Part shown: in pieces, positions 59,998 through 64,000 of the stretch | How positions within the stretch are numbered: the first letter of the stretch is position 1 | Layout: the number at the start of each line of letters is the position of its first letter | From: Candidatus Binatia bacterium | GTDB taxonomy: Bacteria; Desulfobacterota; Binatia; Bin18 | Reading direction: 5' to 3' | Length of the DNA stretch: 64,000 bases | Assembly: GCA_963666315.2 (NCBI GenBank) | Contig: CAXXHG010000043.1 | Span: 160,001 to 224,000 of the forward strand | Notes under the pieces: model-generated | Told to the model about the DNA's origin: nothing | The model's input: the letters and a program-made list of their open reading frames with translations, nothing else | The model's database searches: none | Position numbers and translations under genes: made by a program

Positions 59998-61749
59998 CTA
60001 CCAGGCAATGATATGTGAGGGCATACGTTTACTATATTCTCCTCTCAGGTCTGCGCCGCCGTGCAAGGTTCCATGTTTTTTATCAATGCGAATACCGAGC
60101 ACGTCACCTTCGCTCCAAGCAGGTTTGACTTCGACTTGATGCCCGCGTGCTTTGAGTTCGCGGCATACGTCTTCGGGAACCCGATCTTCAACACGGAGCA
60201 AGCCAGGAAAAGACGCATGCGGAGAGAAACTCGACGGAAAATGCGCGCTAGAGAAGCGCGGCGCTTCAATGGCGTCCTGCACCTCCATCCCAAAATCAGC
60301 GACATTCAAGAAAAACTGGAGCGTCCACTGATCTTGTTGATCTCCGCCCGGCGTACCAAACACCATGCACGGCTTGCCGTCCCGCATGACCAGCGTCGGG
60401 GTGAGTGTGGTGCGTGGGCGCTTGCCCGGCACCAATGCGTTAGGGTGACGCGCATCCAGGAAAAACATCTGTACTCGGGTACCAAGTGGAAAGCCGAGAC
60501 CATCAATCACCGGCGAGGACGGAATCCAGGCCCCACTTGGAGTAAAGGAGGCCATATTGTGCTCTTTATCGATCACGGTCACATACACCGTTCCCGGGCC
60601 CCAGTTGCGTGCGGCAAAGACCTCTTCACCTTCAAGCAGAGCGGCTCCAGTCCGCGGATTGCCTGGCCGCTGATCCAGAGACGCTCGGCCGTTATCGATC
60701 AATTCACGCCGGCTGGCCGCATAGTCTTTGGAGAGTAAACCAGCCAGCGGAACATCCACAAAATCCGGATCGCCGTAATACTGCTCACGATCAGCAAAAG
60801 CCAGCTTGGCCACTTCTGTCACGGTATGAATATAATCTGCGCTATTGTGACCCATGCTGTTGAGCTCAAAGCCTTCGAGCAGGGCAAGCTGCTGGAGGAA
60901 CACTGGCCCCTGGCTCCAAGGTCCGCATTTATAGACATCATACCCATGGTAATTAAGCGTAACCGGCTCTTCGAGTTGACACTGAAAGGCAGCCAAGTCC
61001 TCTGCCGTCACGAGTCCTGCATGTTCCTTGCTATGTGCAGCAATAATCTGAGCAATTTCGCCTTCGTAGAATGCAGCACGGGCGGCTTTGAGGCCACTGA
61101 TTCGGTCGCCCGTACAGCGTTCCTCTGCTGTCATAAGGCGGCGAAACGTACGGGCTAAGTCCGGATTGGTAAACACCTGTCCCACATCGGGCAGCCGTCC
61201 ACCAGGCAAGTATACTTTTGCCGAAGAGGGCCAGTGTTTCTGAAAGTGTTCCGCATTGCCGGCAATGGAAAAGTCTATATTCAGATATTCCGGTGCCGGT
61301 CCACGCAGCGCCGCATGCATAGGGAAGCCGTCTTGGGCCAGCTCTAGAGCCGGTTCAACCACTTGGGTGAAACTGCATGTGCCCAAGCGCTGGAGGATAG
61401 ACAGGTAGGCATCTGGCGCAGCGCACGGCCCGGCGGACAGCACCCCGTTAAACGGCAAAAGCGTAATATCGTGCTGTTGAAACCACTCAATAGTTGCAGC
61501 CTTCGGAGCGACCGTATTGCCGTTGATGGAAAAAACTTTCTTATCCGCTGCGCTGTAGGCAAGGGCGGAGAGCTCGCCGCCAAAGGTATGCATATGGGGA
61601 TTCAACACCCCCTCAGCAAGCGCGGCCGCGACAGCCGCATCAAATGCGTTGCCCCCAGCGCGGAGCATGCGCATCCCAGCTTCAGCGGACAGATAGTGTT
61701 CAGTAGAAATCATACCTTTGGTGCCCATCAGGGTCGGACGATACGTCAT
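59998..61749 (-). CDS. Gamma-glutamyltransferase family (Ntn hydrolase)
   Basis: GGNAFDAAVA, AFADR..YYGDP, Thr nucleophile in GTVYV, PGKRPRTTL.P, GTPGGDQQDQ. Confidence 0.93.
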   Translation of the reverse strand: MTYRPTLMGTKGMISTEHYLSAEAGMRMLRAGGNAFDAAVAAALAEGVLNPHMHTFGGELSALAYSAADKKVFSINGNTVAPKAATIEWFQQHDITLLPFNGVLSAGPCAAPDAYLSILQRLGTCSFTQVVEPALELAQDGFPMHAALRGPAPEYLNIDFSIAGNAEHFQKHWPSSAKVYLPGGRLPDVGQVFTNPDLARTFRRLMTAEERCTGDRISGLKAARAAFYEGEIAQIIAAHSKEHAGLVTAEDLAAFQCQLEEPVTLNYHGYDVYKCGPWSQGPVFLQQLALLEGFELNSMGHNSADYIHTVTEVAKLAFADREQYYGDPDFVDVPLAGLLSKDYAASRRELIDNGRASLDQRPGNPRTGAALLEGEEVFAARNWGPGTVYVTVIDKEHNMASFTPSGAWIPSSPVIDGLGFPLGTRVQMFFLDARHPNALVPGKRPRTTLTPTLVMRDGKPCMVFGTPGGDQQDQWTLQFFLNVADFGMEVQDAIEAPRFSSAHFPSSFSPHASFPGLLRVEDRVPEDVCRELKARGHQVEVKPAWSEGDVLGIRIDKKHGTLHGGADLRGEYSKRMPSHIIAW

Positions 61750-61785
61750 ATGTCACTCCTTTGAGAATAGAGACAGAGCGAGCGG

Positions 61786-62094
61786 TCATCTGCGCGCTTC
61801 CTCACTCACCGCCTGCACCTGCTCCTGTACCACGTCTGGCGGGCACAAGGAAAGAAACCAGCGCCCGGCAAGTAAGAGAATCGCGATGTCATCGGCAACG
61901 CCAAAGAAAGGCAGAATATCAGGCACAAGATCGATCGGCAGAACCAGATAACACAACGCGCCGACCACAATCGCCTTGGCACGCAACGGCACCCGCCGGT
62001 CTCGAAACAAGCGCCAGAACAACTTTGCGAACTGGGGCAGGTTACGCACCAGCTTCAGGAGCTGAAGGGAAGGGAAACGCGCCAAACGTCTCAT
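61786..62094 (-). CDS. YkvA/DUF1232 family membrane protein
   Basis: D.RVP..AK...ALCYLVLPIDLVPDILPFFG..DD. Confidence 0.92.
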   Translation of the reverse strand: MRRLARFPSLQLLKLVRNLPQFAKLFWRLFRDRRVPLRAKAIVVGALCYLVLPIDLVPDILPFFGVADDIAILLLAGRWFLSLCPPDVVQEQVQAVSEEARR

Positions 62095-62192
62095 TATTAT
62101 AGACTTTAGCCTCAGCCGGATCAGTGAAAAATGGGTCTCCGATACTCTGCGTGTCTGCTACAATACGCGCATTCGGACGATTCGTGAACTAA

Positions 62193-62353
62193 GAGGGTGT
62201 CTAATAAGTGTCTCTGTGGCCAAAGCCCGGCTGCAAGCGGCGTGACCGAGGCGCTCGAAGCAGCCATATCCGTTGTGCTATGGCGATGGAGGGCAACAGG
62301 GTCACGCCGCTTGCAGCCGGGTGACGCCCAGAATGGACTTTTTGGACACCCTC
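62193..62353. mobile_element. MITE-like element (IS5/IS1031-like ends)
   Basis: 17-bp imperfect TIRs GAGGGTGTCTAATAAGT / ACTTTTTGGACACCCTC, flanked by TAA and TGA; internal perfect 22-bp inverted repeat. Confidence 0.7.
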
Positions 62354-62378
62354 TGAAGCGAAAGGCTGAGATATAAGC

Positions 62379-63056
62379 ATGCACATCCTCGTAATTGAAG
62401 ATGAAGCAAAAGTCGCTAGTTTTATTCGACGTGGCCTGGAGGCGGAGCATTATAGCGTTGATATCGCCTCGGACGGCGAGGCCGGGCTGATCCAAGTCTT
62501 TGACCAGGATTATGATCTGATCATCCTGGATGTCATGCTGCCCAAACGCGACGGCCTAAGCATCCTGCAAGAGCTGCGTACGCATAAGCTGCAGGTGCCG
62601 GTCTTGATGCTCACCGCGCGTGATACTGTGGCCGACAAAGTCGAAGGCCTGGATCACGGGGCGGATGATTACCTGACCAAACCGTTTGCGTTTGAAGAGC
62701 TTCTGGCACGCATTCGGGCATTGCTCCGCCGTGGGAGTCAGACCCAGGCTGCAGTATTGACCTTGGCCGATCTTCGGCTCGATCCCGTCTCACGTGAGAT
62801 TACACGTGCAGGAAAGCGGATTGAGTTAACCGCAAAGGAGTTTGCGCTGCTCGAATTCTTTTTACACCAGCCGGGCCGGGTGCTCAGCCGCGTCGTGATA
62901 GCCCAACATGTATGGGGCGTGGACTTTGATACGTTTACGAACGTCATCGATGTGTATGTGAATTATGTGCGCAAGAAGATAGATGCTGACTTTAGCTCAA
63001 AGCTGATCCATACCGTGCGTGGCGTCGGCTATGTGCTGAAGGAGGCTGAGGCCTAG
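62379..63056 (+). CDS. OmpR-family response regulator (CusR-like)
   Basis: IED, LDVMLP, LTA, GADDYLTKPF, NVIDVYV..RKK, TVRGVGY. Confidence 0.95.
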   Translation: MHILVIEDEAKVASFIRRGLEAEHYSVDIASDGEAGLIQVFDQDYDLIILDVMLPKRDGLSILQELRTHKLQVPVLMLTARDTVADKVEGLDHGADDYLTKPFAFEELLARIRALLRRGSQTQAAVLTLADLRLDPVSREITRAGKRIELTAKEFALLEFFLHQPGRVLSRVVIAQHVWGVDFDTFTNVIDVYVNYVRKKIDADFSSKLIHTVRGVGYVLKEAEA

Positions 63057-63059
63057 CCT

Positions 63060-64000
63060 ATGATGCCCCACAGTCTGCGCGCACGACTCACGCTGTGGTA
63101 TACGGCGTTACTGACCGGGATGCTGATCTTCCTCGGGGTGGCGGCGTTGATCCTGCTCGACCGCGGTTTGCGCGAAAACATTGATGCCTCGCTCAAGTCG
63201 GTTGCCGTCTCTATTGCCGAATCAGTGCGGCGTCCCTCACGTCCAGGACGCGACTTGGGGGCTGCCTTAGAGGCGATGCTCGGGCCAGGACCAGCGGCCC
63301 GGTTCTTTCGTCTGCTCGATCCGTTTGGTCGACCCGACCCGCGCGTTGTTCCGCGTAGCCGGATGAAATTCCCGCTGAGCCGAGAAGCGCGGCAGAACGC
63401 GCAGCGAGGACGAGAAACCTACCAGACGATCACCCTGCCTGAGGTAGCCGCCTCACCGCTTCGACTCTTGACCCTGCCGGTTATCGAGCGCGGAAGGATG
63501 ATTCATCTGATTCAGGTCGCAATGCCGCTTGAGAGCGCGGAGATGGCCCGTTCCCGATTTCTGCTCATTCTTCTCGGACTCATTCCACTTGCCCTTGGCG
63601 GGGCAGGCGTTGGCGGCTGGTTTCTCGCTCGTCGGGCGCTGGCACCAGTAGACACCATGGTTGACGCAGCACGAGCAATTGAAGCCGAGGATCTTTCGCG
63701 ACGGATTGAAACCGCAGACAGTAACGACGAGTTAGGCCGGCTAGCAACCGTACTCAACGACATGTTAGCGCGGCTGGAGCGTTCGTTTACTGCCGTGCGC
63801 CATTTTAGTGCGGATGCCGCCCATGAGTTACGCACGCCGTTAACCATTCTCAAGGGCGAGATCGAGGTTGCACTGCGTTCACCTCCAGCAGAAGACGAGT
63901 ATCGTCGGGTCTTAACGAGCTGTCTTGAAGAGGTGGATCGGCTCAGCGCGCTCGTGGCTGATCTCCTCTTTCTGGCTCGCTCTGACAGCGGCAACGTGCA
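63060..64000 (+). CDS. Sensor histidine kinase (CusS-like), runs off the window edge
   Basis: Manual translation MMPHSLRARLTLWY...; two TM segments, HAMP (DELGRLA..LN.ML.RLE) and H-box FSADAAHELRTPL. Confidence 0.92.
   Translation, partial: MMPHSLRARLTLWYTALLTGMLIFLGVAALILLDRGLRENIDASLKSVAVSIAESVRRPSRPGRDLGAALEAMLGPGPAARFFRLLDPFGRPDPRVVPRSRMKFPLSREARQNAQRGRETYQTITLPEVAASPLRLLTLPVIERGRMIHLIQVAMPLESAEMARSRFLLILLGLIPLALGGAGVGGWFLARRALAPVDTMVDAARAIEAEDLSRRIETADSNDELGRLATVLNDMLARLERSFTAVRHFSADAAHELRTPLTILKGEIEVALRSPPAEDEYRRVLTSCLEEVDRLSALVADLLFLARSDSGNV

Noticed and set aside
1-64000. tRNA, rRNA, tmRNA, SRP, RNase P, integrase or prophage genes
   Set aside because: No diagnostic motifs were recognised by eye; a covariance-model scan would be needed to exclude divergent RNAs.

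Overview
Chromosomal window (GC roughly mid-50s %) from a deltaproteobacteria-like bacterium; the adenylate-cyclase/AAA/TPR gene type suggests Binatia/Tectomicrobia, which is inference only. Most of it is housekeeping: trpS (partial), fabF/fabH, rplU-rpmA-obgE-proB-proA-nadD-rsfS, mltG, etfBA, thrB, dksA, prfB with its programmed +1 frameshift, lnt, ybeY, phoH, alaS and cinA-thpR-recA-recX. Acyl-CoA metabolism genes are also abundant (single-chain acyl-CoA carboxylase, enoyl-CoA hydratase, CoA transferases). No rRNA, tRNA, CRISPR array or transposase was seen. Notable points: (1) seven non-essential genes carry frameshifts, nonsense codons or deletions while the core genes are intact, suggesting real gene decay; (2) an IclR / N-formylglutamate amidohydrolase / ALDH1L-like formyltransferase module; (3) a Get3/ArsA-like ATPase pair coupled to fabF-fabH; (4) an internally duplicated Zn-HIT-like protein heading a dehydrogenase/CoA-transferase operon; (5) a ~155-nt rod-shaped candidate ncRNA upstream of hpf, plus a second GGA-rich structured intergenic element; (6) a long phoH/ybeY dual-coding overlap; (7) a 161-bp IS5-like MITE; (8) several apparently leaderless genes.
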